This document shows positions 26,733 to 36,706 of a DNA stretch of 64,000 nucleotides, piece after piece (positions within the stretch are counted from its first letter, which is position 1; the number at the start of each line of letters is the position of its first letter). The notes beneath the pieces were generated by a model. The model saw only the letters and a list, made by a program, of their open reading frames with translations, did not search any database and was not told the origin of the DNA. The position numbers were made by a program, and so were the translations under genes. The stretch covers positions 845,045 through 909,044 of the forward strand of contig CBDIDF010000004.1 of assembly GCA_965277605.1 (NCBI GenBank), given 5' to 3'. Origin of the DNA: Solirubrobacteraceae bacterium (GTDB lineage Bacteria; Actinomycetota; Thermoleophilia; Solirubrobacterales; Solirubrobacteraceae).

Positions 26733-27295
26733 GGCAGGACCTCCTCGGTCGGCAGCGTGGAGCGGACGTAGGCGCGGGCGCGGTGGATCCGCGATCGGAC
26801 TGTGCCCACGGACACGTGGGTCGCCGCGGCGACCTGCTCGTACGAGAGATCGCCCCACACGTGCAGCAGGGCGTCGCGGTAGACCGGGGTCAGCTGACCG
26901 AGCGCGGTCGCCAACCGCGGCCCGAGAGCCTGGGCCTCGACGCGGTCCAGTGCGCGCTCGACGAGGTCGGCCTCCTCGTACATATGCAGCCGCAGAAGCG
27001 CCCGTGTGCGCCGGTCATGCGAGCGCAGGTCACGTCTGAGCAGGTTCGTCGCGATGCCGAACAGCCACGGCCTGACATCGCCACTCGAGCGGTCGAACCG
27101 CCGGCGGGCGTCGAGCGCCACTCGGAACGTCTCGGCGGCGATGTCCTCGCCGGCCGATCCCGCGCGGCTGACACAGTATCGGTGGACACTCGCCCAGTAG
27201 CGGTCGAAGATCTCGGCGAACCGTGCCGGGTCCCGCCGCGACGCGGCGATGATCTCCCCGTCACTGAGGAAGCTGTCCGTTGTTCGATCGGGCAT
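26729..27295 (-). CDS. ECF-type RNA polymerase sigma factor
   Basis: Region 2 is FAEIFDRYWASVHRYC...DIAAETF...RPWLFGIATNLLRR. Region 4 is LSYEQVAAATHVSVGTVRSRIHRAR. Confidence 0.9.
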   Translation of the reverse strand: MPDRTTDSFLSDGEIIAASRRDPARFAEIFDRYWASVHRYCVSRAGSAGEDIAAETFRVALDARRRFDRSSGDVRPWLFGIATNLLRRDLRSHDRRTRALLRLHMYEEADLVERALDRVEAQALGPRLATALGQLTPVYRDALLHVWGDLSYEQVAAATHVSVGTVRSRIHRARAYVRSTLPTEEVLP

Positions 27296-27637
27296 CTAAG
27301 AGGCTATTGCCCGCAGTCGCTCTTTCGGTTCCATGGCTCACGCCGACGCAGCCGCGCCCCAGCTCCGCGCTGGGCTCGAACTCCCCGCCGAACGACTGAA
27401 ATTCGCCCATAAGCCTGCCAACTCGGGGTGCAAGCCGTTGCGGTGGATGACCGGCCCCCGGCAACGCTGCTGGTCGGTCGAGACGGCGTTGTCACCCTGC
27501 GCGGTTGCACCGGATCTCGGAGCGCCAGCGGCAACGGTCGCGGCGCTTCAGCAGACGATCGAGATCGACCCGGGGCCGCGCGCCCCACGGTGCACTGCCC
27601 GTCTCCCGACGACGTCCGAGCGTTCACATCTGAGACG

Positions 27638-27651
27638 TGTGAGCGCTAACA
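27638..27651. promoter_or_regulatory. LacI/GalR-type palindromic operator candidate upstream of galM
   Basis: TGTGAGCGCTAACA matches the ideal symmetric lac-type operator core TGTGAGCGCTCACA at 13 of 14 positions. Its centre lies about 45 nt upstream of the galM ATG. Confidence 0.4.
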
Positions 27652-27689
27652 TCGCCTCACGCGCGGGTTTCGGCTCGTGCGGCCGGACC

Positions 27690-29123
27690 ATGCCCCGCAG
27701 CCTCATCGCCGGGGCACGAACAAAGGAGAGAGGGTTGAGTACTCAGCTACAACGCGTCGCGCGCACGCGACGAGCACTCGTATCGACGGGCGCGGCGGTC
27801 GCATCGTTCGCGGCACTCGCGTCGATCGGGACGGGCGTCGCGGCAGCCGCCCACAGGACAGCCGCCGCCAAGGGCACGACGAAGGTCAAGACGGTCAAAC
27901 CGAAGGTGACCTCGATCGCCTGGGGCACCGCCGACGGTCAGACGATCAACCTCTACACGCTGCGCGGCGCCGGCGGCATGAAGGTGAAGGTCTCCAGCTA
28001 CGGCGCCGACGTCCAGTCGATCCTCGTGCCTGACAAGCGCGGCAGGATGACCGATGTCGCGCTCGGCTTCCCGACGCTCGGCGACTACGTCGCCGACTTC
28101 ACCCAGGGCGCCGACAAGACCTCGTTCCCGATCCCGAGCGGGACGGGCGACACCTACTTCGGGGCGACGATCGGCCAGTACGCGAACCGGATCGCCAAGG
28201 GCACGTTCCCGCTCAACGGCACGGCCTACAAGCTCGACATCAACAACGGCGTCAACTCGCTGCACGGCGGCTACCTCGGGTGGAACACGGCCGCGTGGAC
28301 CGGCACGCCGAAGACGACCGCCAAGCAGGCGAGCATCGCGATGAGCGCGAGCTTCCCGGCCGGCACCGGCTGCGACGCGAGCCTCACCCCGGGCTGCACC
28401 GGCTTCCCGACGCCGATGACCGCGACGGTCACGTTCACGGTCACGGCGAGCAACGAGCTGAAGATCAGCTACTCGACGACGAACACCTCGCTGAACCTGG
28501 CGACGGTCGTCAACCTGACCAACCACACGTACTTCAACCTCGGTGGCCAGGCGAGCGGGACGATCTACGGCCAGGATCTCGCGATCAACTCCAACCAGTA
28601 CCAGCCGACGGACCCCACCCAGATCCCCGAGGCCGGAGCCAACGGCTCCTACTTCGTTCCCGTGAAGGGCACGGCGTTCGACTTCCGACAGATGCACGCG
28701 ATCGGCCAGAAGATCAACGCGACGGACCTGCCCGACGGCACGAGCGGCCCGATCCGCCAGCTGCAGTACGCCCACGGCTATGACCACAACTGGGTCCTCA
28801 ACGGCTCGGGCTACCGCAAGGTCGCGGTCGCGCAGGATCCGAGCAACGGGATCACGATGTCGACGTACACCGACCAGCCCGGCATCCAGGTGTACACCGG
28901 CAACTACCTCGTCGGCGACCTCGCGGGGACGACCGGCAAGGCCTACCGCCAGGGTGACGCGTTCACCGAGGAGACCCAGCATTACCCCGACACCCCGAAC
29001 CACATCGGCCAGCCCGGCTGGCCCTCGGTGGTCCTCGGCGCCGGGCAGACGTTCAGCTCGACGACAGGCTTCAAGTTCGGCATCGAGCCGAGCAGCTACA
29101 GCAAGTCGGTCTCGTTCAAGTAG
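27690..29123 (+). CDS. galM: Secreted aldose 1-epimerase (galactose mutarotase family)
   Basis: GATIGQYANRIAKGTFPLNGTAYKLDINNGVNSLHGG...NLTNHTYFNL...AFTEETQHYPD are mutarotase blocks. The N-terminus RTRRALVSTGAAVASFAALASIGTGVAAAA looks like a Tat or Sec signal. I chose the start at ATG 27690. Confidence 0.85.
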   Translation: MPRSLIAGARTKERGLSTQLQRVARTRRALVSTGAAVASFAALASIGTGVAAAAHRTAAAKGTTKVKTVKPKVTSIAWGTADGQTINLYTLRGAGGMKVKVSSYGADVQSILVPDKRGRMTDVALGFPTLGDYVADFTQGADKTSFPIPSGTGDTYFGATIGQYANRIAKGTFPLNGTAYKLDINNGVNSLHGGYLGWNTAAWTGTPKTTAKQASIAMSASFPAGTGCDASLTPGCTGFPTPMTATVTFTVTASNELKISYSTTNTSLNLATVVNLTNHTYFNLGGQASGTIYGQDLAINSNQYQPTDPTQIPEAGANGSYFVPVKGTAFDFRQMHAIGQKINATDLPDGTSGPIRQLQYAHGYDHNWVLNGSGYRKVAVAQDPSNGITMSTYTDQPGIQVYTGNYLVGDLAGTTGKAYRQGDAFTEETQHYPDTPNHIGQPGWPSVVLGAGQTFSSTTGFKFGIEPSSYSKSVSFK

Positions 29124-29137
29124 ACGGCTGACCCGTC

Positions 29138-29174
29138 CGTCCGGTCGGGCCGCCGCGCGCGGTCCGACCGGACG
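29138..29174 (+). terminator. Hairpin downstream of galM
   Basis: cgtccggtcgg...ccgaccggacg forms an 11-bp perfect stem with a 15-nt GC-rich loop, 15 nt after the stop. There is no U-tract. Confidence 0.35.
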
Positions 29175-29286
29175 CGGCGTCGGCCTCACCGCCGCCCGAT
29201 GGCGGCCCTCGCCGGAAACGTCCGCTGCGAGCGGGATGATGGTCGGCCCGTCCGTGGTCGCGAACCTAGACTCCCCCTCCCTCACG

Positions 29287-30666
29287 ATGAGCGCCGTCGA
29301 GAACATCCCCGTTCCCTCCACCGCGGCCCTTGGGATGCCGCCGCACAACCTCGAGGCCGAGCGCTCCGTGCTCGGCGCGGTGCTGCTCGACGAGCGCCAC
29401 CTGCACGCGCTGCTCGTCGAGGAGCAGCTGCGGCCCGAGCACTTCTACCGCGAGCAGCACGGCGCGATCTTCGGCGCGATGCTCGAGCTGTACGGCGACG
29501 ATCGCAAGATCGACCACCTCACGGTGTCAGAGACGCTGCGCCAGGGCGGCAAGCTCGACCAGATCGGAGGCCCGGCCGCGATCGACGAGCTGTCGGGCTG
29601 GGTGCCCGCGGCCGGCCACGCCCGCGAGTACGGAGAGATCGTCCACGACACCGCCAAGCTGCGCGATCTGCTCACCGCCTCCTACGAGATCCAGGCGAGC
29701 GTGCTCGCGCGCGATGCGCCCGCGCGTGAGCTGATCGAGCTCGCCGAGCGGTCGGTGCTCGAGGTCGCCACCGACGAGCGCCAGAAGAAGATCCGCTCGA
29801 TCCGCGAGATCCTCCACGAGGAGACCGACAAGCTGCACCGGCTGTCGATCTCCCACACCGCCCTGACGGGCACCCCGTCGGGGTTCAAGGACATCGACGA
29901 GAAGACGGGCGGGTTTCAGCCCGGCAACCTCGTCGTGCTCGCCGCCCGCCCCTCGATGGGCAAGTCCGCGCTCGTGGCCAACATCGCCGAGAACGCGTGC
30001 CTGGCCGGTCACGGCGTCGCGCTGTTCTCGCTGGAGATGTCGGAGTCAGAGCTCGCGCAGCGCTTCATCGCCTCCCAGGCGAAGATCAAGGGCGAGACGC
30101 TGCGCCGCGGCAGGGTCGCCGAGCGCGACTGGCCGCGGATCGTCGAGGCCTCCGAGCGGCTGTCGGCGGCGCCGCTGTACGTCGACGACTCCGCCGACAC
30201 CGGCGTGCTCGAGGTCCGGGCCAAGTGCCGGCGGCTGCACGCCCAGCTCGAGGGCGGCCTCGGCCTGATCATCATCGACTACCTCCAGCTGATGCGCTCG
30301 GAAGGACGGATCGACAGCCGCGTCGAGCAGGTGAGCCAGATCAGCCGTGGGCTCAAGGGGCTCGCGCGCGAGCTCGACGTGCCCGTGATCGCGCTCTCCC
30401 AGCTCAGCCGCGCCGTCGAGCAGCGTGCGCAGAACGACAAGAAGCCGGTCCTCTCGGACCTGCGCGAATCGGGCGCGATCGAGCAGGACGCAGACGTGGT
30501 CATGTTCATCTACCGCGACGAGTACTACAACCACGACTCCGAGCGTCCCGGCGAGGCCGACATCGTCATCGCCAAGCACCGCAACGGGCCGATCGGCGAG
30601 GTCGTCCTCACCTTCCAGAACGAGTACCCGCGGTTCATGAACTACGCCGGGGAGCGCTTCCGGTGA
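29287..30666 (+). CDS. dnaB: Replicative DNA helicase DnaB
   Basis: PPHNLEAERSVLGAVLLD is the N-terminal domain. Walker A is ARPSMGKSALV and Walker B is IIIDYLQLM, with SQLSRAVEQR also present. The start is ATG 29287; the track ORF starting at 28780 is a run-in. Confidence 0.95.
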   Translation: MSAVENIPVPSTAALGMPPHNLEAERSVLGAVLLDERHLHALLVEEQLRPEHFYREQHGAIFGAMLELYGDDRKIDHLTVSETLRQGGKLDQIGGPAAIDELSGWVPAAGHAREYGEIVHDTAKLRDLLTASYEIQASVLARDAPARELIELAERSVLEVATDERQKKIRSIREILHEETDKLHRLSISHTALTGTPSGFKDIDEKTGGFQPGNLVVLAARPSMGKSALVANIAENACLAGHGVALFSLEMSESELAQRFIASQAKIKGETLRRGRVAERDWPRIVEASERLSAAPLYVDDSADTGVLEVRAKCRRLHAQLEGGLGLIIIDYLQLMRSEGRIDSRVEQVSQISRGLKGLARELDVPVIALSQLSRAVEQRAQNDKKPVLSDLRESGAIEQDADVVMFIYRDEYYNHDSERPGEADIVIAKHRNGPIGEVVLTFQNEYPRFMNYAGERFR

Positions 30667-31364
30667 GCGCGCTGACGGCCGGATCCCGGTGCCCGTTCGA
30701 GCTCTGCGACGGCTCGGGGTTCGTGTATGACCTGGAGGCCAACACCGCCTATGACTGCCGCTGCCGCGCGCAGCGCATCTCACGGGCCAAGGCGCGCAAC
30801 CTCTCGGCCGTGATCCCGCGCCGCTACCGCGACGTGGCCTTCGAGCGCCCCCCGGTGACCGACATCGATCCCGGGGTCGTCCGCGCCGTGCGCGACTACA
30901 CCGAGCGCATCGACGACCACCTGCAGGCCGGCCGCGGGCTATGGCTGATGGGACCGCCCGGCACCGGCAAGACGACGCTGGCGATGCTCGTCTCCAAGGG
31001 GGCCTCAGAGGCGGGGCACTCGGTGGCGATCTACTCGCTGCCGCGGCTGCTCAACGAGATCCGCGACACCCACCGCGCCGAGCGCTCGCACGTCGACCTG
31101 CTCGACCGCCTCACCGCCGTCGACCTGCTTCACATCGACGACGTCGGGGCGCAGCGCTCGACCGACTGGGTGCTCGAGGAGCTCTACTCGATCGTCAACG
31201 CGCGCTACGAGGACAGCCGCTCGATGCTCATCACGACGAACATCATGGACCGCGAGGCGCTGTGCGAGCAGATCACCCCGCGCACCGTGTCGCGGCTGAC
31301 CGAGATGTGCGACGAGCTGCCGCTGTTCGGCCACGACCACCGGATGGACCTGCGCAGCGCCTGA
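30663..31364 (+). CDS. DnaC/DnaI/IstB-clade AAA+ ATPase with an N-terminal Cys4 cluster (putative helicase loader)
   Basis: GTG 30663 overlaps the dnaB TGA (GTGA). Walker A is GPPGTGKTT, Walker B is DLLHIDDVG and the sensor-I-like motif is MLITTN. The N-terminus reads CPFELCDGSG...DCRCR. No IstA-like transposase is adjacent. Confidence 0.75.
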   Translation: MSALTAGSRCPFELCDGSGFVYDLEANTAYDCRCRAQRISRAKARNLSAVIPRRYRDVAFERPPVTDIDPGVVRAVRDYTERIDDHLQAGRGLWLMGPPGTGKTTLAMLVSKGASEAGHSVAIYSLPRLLNEIRDTHRAERSHVDLLDRLTAVDLLHIDDVGAQRSTDWVLEELYSIVNARYEDSRSMLITTNIMDREALCEQITPRTVSRLTEMCDELPLFGHDHRMDLRSA

Positions 31365-31380
31365 GGGCCGGGCGCGGACG

Positions 31381-32145
31381 TCAGTCGGTGCGCCGGGCGA
31401 CGACGAAGACGCGCGAGAACCCGAGCACGGTCCCGTAGGGCCGCCGGGGGTAGGCCTCGCGCAGTCGCGTCGCGTACTGCGCGCTGAAGCGTGCCGCATC
31501 GGCCGCCGGGAGCGCTGCGAGCACGGGGCGCAGCCCCGTGCCGCGCACCCACTCGAGCACCGGGTCCTCGCCGTCGAGCACATGCTCGTACTCGGTCTGC
31601 CAGGCGTCGACCACCATCCCGCGGGAGGCGAGCAGGTCCAGATACTCGGCCGGCGGCGCGACGGACTCGGCGCCGCGCAGCACGCCGCCCAGCCGCTCGC
31701 GCCACTCGGGGGACTCGGCCAGCTCGCGCATGAGCGCGTGCGACGGCGCGCCGAAGTTCGACGGCACCTGGAAGGCCAGCCATCCGCCGGGGGCGAGCCG
31801 ATCGGCCCACCGGGGCAGCAGCTCGCGGTGGGTCGGAACCCACTGCAGCGCGGCGTTCGAGATGAGCACGTCGACGCCGGACGCGTCGAAGCTCTCGGCA
31901 TCGGCGACCGAGAACCGGACCGGCCCGCCGGCAGGCGCGCGCGCGATCATCTCCTGTGAGGAGTCGACACCGCGCACGCGCGCCTCGGGCCAGCGCCGCG
32001 CGAGCGTCTCGGTCAGCTCGCCCGAGCCGCACCCGAGGTCGACGACCGTACCGGGCGCGTCAGCCTCGATCCGGCCCACCAGGTCGAAGAACGGCCGGCT
32101 GCGCTCGTCGGCGTAGCGCGCGTACTGGGTCGGATCCCACCGCAC
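31381..32145 (-). CDS. tam: Trans-aconitate 2-methyltransferase-like SAM methyltransferase
   Basis: MRWDPTQYARYADERSRPFFDLV...VVDLGCGSGELT...ISNAALQWVP is a Tam family pattern. Confidence 0.85.
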   Translation of the reverse strand: MRWDPTQYARYADERSRPFFDLVGRIEADAPGTVVDLGCGSGELTETLARRWPEARVRGVDSSQEMIARAPAGGPVRFSVADAESFDASGVDVLISNAALQWVPTHRELLPRWADRLAPGGWLAFQVPSNFGAPSHALMRELAESPEWRERLGGVLRGAESVAPPAEYLDLLASRGMVVDAWQTEYEHVLDGEDPVLEWVRGTGLRPVLAALPAADAARFSAQYATRLREAYPRRPYGTVLGFSRVFVVARRTD

Positions 32146-32190
32146 GGCGCAGAGCTTAGAGAGCCGCGCCGTGCGGCCGGACCCACCTGG

Positions 32191-33408
32191 TCAGGCCGCC
32201 TTGGCGACCTCGCCGTGGGGATCGATGACGAACTTCTTGGCCGCCCCCGAGTCGAAGTCCTGATAGCCCGTCGGAGCCTCGTCGAGCGTGATCACGGTGG
32301 CGTTGACGGCCTTGCCGATCTGGCAGCGGTCGTTGAGGATCGCGTTCATCAGCTCGCGGTGGTACTTCATCACCGGGGCCTGGCCGGTCGCGAAGCCCAG
32401 CGATTTCGCCCAGCCGACGCCGAAGCTCATCTTCAGTGCGCCCTGCTGGGCGTCCTCTGAGTCGGCACCGGGGTCGGCGACGACATACAGGCCGGGGATC
32501 CCCAGGCTGCCGGCGGCCCGGGTGACCTCCATCAGCGAGTTGAGGACGACCGCCGGGGCCTCCTCGCCGCCGTGCCCCTTGGCCTCGAAGCCGACGGCGT
32601 CGACGCCGCAGTCGACCTCGGGAACGCCGAGGATCTGCTCGATCTGGTCGGGGATCGACCCGTCGGCGGAGATGTCGACCGTCTCGCAGCCGAACGAGCG
32701 CGCCTGCTGCAGGCGATCGGCCTGGGAGTCGCCGACGATCACGACCGCCGCGCCAAGCAGCTGGGCGGAGTGAGCCGCCGCCAGCCCGACCGGGCCGGCT
32801 CCGGCCACGTAGACCGTCGAGCCGGTGCCCACGCCCGCGGACACGCAGCCGTGGTAGCCGGTGGGGAAGATGTCCGACAGCATCGTCAGGTCGAGGATCT
32901 TCTCCATCGCCTGGGCCTTGTCGGGGAACCTGAGCAGGTTCCAGTCGGCGTAGGGGACCATCACGTACTCGGCCTGCCCGCCGACCCAGCCGCCCATGTC
33001 GACGTAGCCGTAGGCACCGCCGGGCTGCGCCGGGTTGACGTTCAGGCACACGCCGGTGTGGCGCTCCTTGCAGTTGCGACACCGCCCGCAGGAGATGTTG
33101 AACGGCGCCGAGACGAGGTCGCCCTCCTTGATGAACTCGACGCCGGGCCCGGTCTCGACCACCTCCCCGGTGATCTCGTGGCCGAGGATCAGCCCCTCGG
33201 GCGCGGTCGTGCGGCCGCGGACCATGTGCTGGTCCGATCCGCAGATGTTCGTCGAGACGAGCTTGAGGATCGCGCCGTGGGGCAGCGGGCGGCCCACGCT
33301 CTCCTTCGGGACCCCGGGACCGTCGACGATCTCCCACGCCGGGTAGTCGATGTTCTGAACCTCGACCCTGCCGGTGCCCAGGTATGCGACGCCGCGGTTG
33401 TCAGGCAT
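32191..33408 (-). CDS. fdhA: Glutathione-independent formaldehyde dehydrogenase (Zn-ADH family)
   Basis: STNICGSDQHMVRGR...GHEITGEV...CGRCRNCKERHTGVC...GGWVGGQAEYVMVPYADWNLLRFP is present; 405 aa. Confidence 0.85.
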   Translation of the reverse strand: MPDNRGVAYLGTGRVEVQNIDYPAWEIVDGPGVPKESVGRPLPHGAILKLVSTNICGSDQHMVRGRTTAPEGLILGHEITGEVVETGPGVEFIKEGDLVSAPFNISCGRCRNCKERHTGVCLNVNPAQPGGAYGYVDMGGWVGGQAEYVMVPYADWNLLRFPDKAQAMEKILDLTMLSDIFPTGYHGCVSAGVGTGSTVYVAGAGPVGLAAAHSAQLLGAAVVIVGDSQADRLQQARSFGCETVDISADGSIPDQIEQILGVPEVDCGVDAVGFEAKGHGGEEAPAVVLNSLMEVTRAAGSLGIPGLYVVADPGADSEDAQQGALKMSFGVGWAKSLGFATGQAPVMKYHRELMNAILNDRCQIGKAVNATVITLDEAPTGYQDFDSGAAKKFVIDPHGEVAKAA

Positions 33409-33487
33409 GAATGTCTCCCCTGTGTCGTTGGCCTGACCGGAGGATTACCCCCTGCGCCGCCCCCGACGCACGCGGACGACGGCCGGG

Positions 33488-35224
33488 TCAGCCCGCGACG
33501 GGCTCGGCGGAGGCGAGGAGCTCACAAGCCGCCGGCCGGCCATAGTGGAACCCCTGGCCGAGCTGACATCCCATCGCGGCCAGGGCGCGGGCCTGCTCGG
33601 CGCTCTCGATCCCCTCGCCGACGGTGACGAGCCCCAGCGAGTGGGCGAGCGCGACGATCCCCGATGCGAGATTGCGGCCGTCGCGGCTGTCGAGGCGAGC
33701 GACGAACGAACGGTCGAGCTTGAGGATGTCGATCGGCATCCGCGACAGCCGGCCCAACGAGGAGAAGCCGGCGCCGAAGTCGTCGAGCGCGATCGTCACC
33801 CCGAGCGCCTTGCACGCGTCCAGGCGACCGAGGGCGGTGTCGATGTCGCCGATGAACACGCTCTCGGTGATCTCGAGCGTCAGCGCCCACGAGGGCAGCC
33901 CGCTGTCGGCGAGCGCGGCCGCGACGTCGGCGACGAGCGTCGGGGACTGCAGCTGGCGCGGCGAGATGTTGACCGAGATCCGCAGCGGGGGCTCGTCGGG
34001 ACGGGCGCGGCTCCAGTCGGCGGCGCGGGCGCAGGCCTCGCGCAGGACCCAGCGCCCGATCGGGATGATCAGGCCAGTCTGCTCGGCGACCGGGATGAAC
34101 TCCATCGGCGCCACGATTCCGTCCGCGCGCCGCCAGCGCAGCAGGGCCTCGACGCCGCGTGAGCGCTCGTCGTCGAGGGAGACGATCGGCTGGTAGACGA
34201 GGAACAGCTCGTCGCGGTCGAGCACGCCCTCGAGCTCGGAGCGCAGCTCCAGGCGCCGCCGCGCCTCCTCCTGCATCCTGGGCTCGTAGAAGGCGTGATC
34301 GCCCTTGCCGCGGCGCTTGGCCGCATACATGGCGATGTCCGCGTTGCGCAGCAGCTCCTCCGGAGAGCTGCCGTCGCCGCCGAGCGCGACTCCGACGCTC
34401 GCGCTGAGCGCGGCGCGCGCCTCGCCGGTGCGCAGCGGCGCCGACAGGGCGGAGACGACGAGGTCCGCGGCGGTGATCGCCGTCTCGCGCCCGACGACGC
34501 CGGGGAGCAGGACCCCGAACTCGTCGCCGCCCAGGCGCGCGACCGTGGCCTCGGCGCCGCTGACCGCGAGCAGCCGTTCGGCGACGACGATCAGCGCCGC
34601 GTCGCCGACGTCGTGGCCGAGACCGTCGTTGATCGCCTTGAAGCCGTCGACGTCGACGAACAGCAGCGCGAACGGGGTGTCGCGGGCGCGCGCGCTGCAC
34701 AGGCGGCCGAGGAACAGGCGCCGGTTGGCCAGCCCCGTGAGGGAGTCGTGGAGTCCCTCGAACGCCTGGGTGTGGGCGAGCTCGGCGAACAGGTCCGCGA
34801 CGCACAGGGTCCCGTAGTCGCCCCCGGGGAAGGCGACGACGATGTCGTCGTAGCGGCTCTCGTCGGGACGCCGCAGGACCGCCTGGGCCGCGGCGGCGAT
34901 CGTCGTGTCGGCGACGAGATGGAGCGTGGGCGGATGGTCCATCTGCCACAGCGCCTGGCGCGTGTACAGGGACCGTCCGAAGCCGAGCCGACCCGTGAGA
35001 GCCGCGAAGAACCCGGCGCGGGTCAGGCAGGTCGGCGCGCTCCCGGGATCGCGCACGACGACCGAGCTGAGCGCCGGGTCGCCGAGGAACACCCGCTCGA
35101 GGTCGAGCACGGCCATCGTCGCCTCGACGGTGACGCCCCGGCGTCCCATCTCGCCCAGGCACGACGCGGGCGTGCGCCACTCGCCGTCGGGAGACTCGTG
35201 AATGGAGCTCACGGTCACGGTCAT
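33488..35224 (-). CDS. GGDEF-EAL diguanylate cyclase/phosphodiesterase with an unassigned N-terminal domain
   Basis: The GGDEF region is RLGGDEFGVLL with upstream GLANRR...DVDGFKAINDGLGH. The EAL region has EALLRW, ISVNISPRQL and DDFGAGFSSL. The first ~175 aa has no TM and I recognise no motif in it. Confidence 0.9.
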   Translation of the reverse strand: MTVTVSSIHESPDGEWRTPASCLGEMGRRGVTVEATMAVLDLERVFLGDPALSSVVVRDPGSAPTCLTRAGFFAALTGRLGFGRSLYTRQALWQMDHPPTLHLVADTTIAAAAQAVLRRPDESRYDDIVVAFPGGDYGTLCVADLFAELAHTQAFEGLHDSLTGLANRRLFLGRLCSARARDTPFALLFVDVDGFKAINDGLGHDVGDAALIVVAERLLAVSGAEATVARLGGDEFGVLLPGVVGRETAITAADLVVSALSAPLRTGEARAALSASVGVALGGDGSSPEELLRNADIAMYAAKRRGKGDHAFYEPRMQEEARRRLELRSELEGVLDRDELFLVYQPIVSLDDERSRGVEALLRWRRADGIVAPMEFIPVAEQTGLIIPIGRWVLREACARAADWSRARPDEPPLRISVNISPRQLQSPTLVADVAAALADSGLPSWALTLEITESVFIGDIDTALGRLDACKALGVTIALDDFGAGFSSLGRLSRMPIDILKLDRSFVARLDSRDGRNLASGIVALAHSLGLVTVGEGIESAEQARALAAMGCQLGQGFHYGRPAACELLASAEPVAG

Positions 35225-35250
35225 CGACGCGACCGGCGCAACGCGTGTGA

Positions 35251-36645
<1,395 letters not shown>

Positions 36646-36706
36646 TCGCCGCGGCGCCTTCAACGAACCCTAACTCCCTTTAGCCTCCGCTAACCAGGCG
36701 CCGTGC

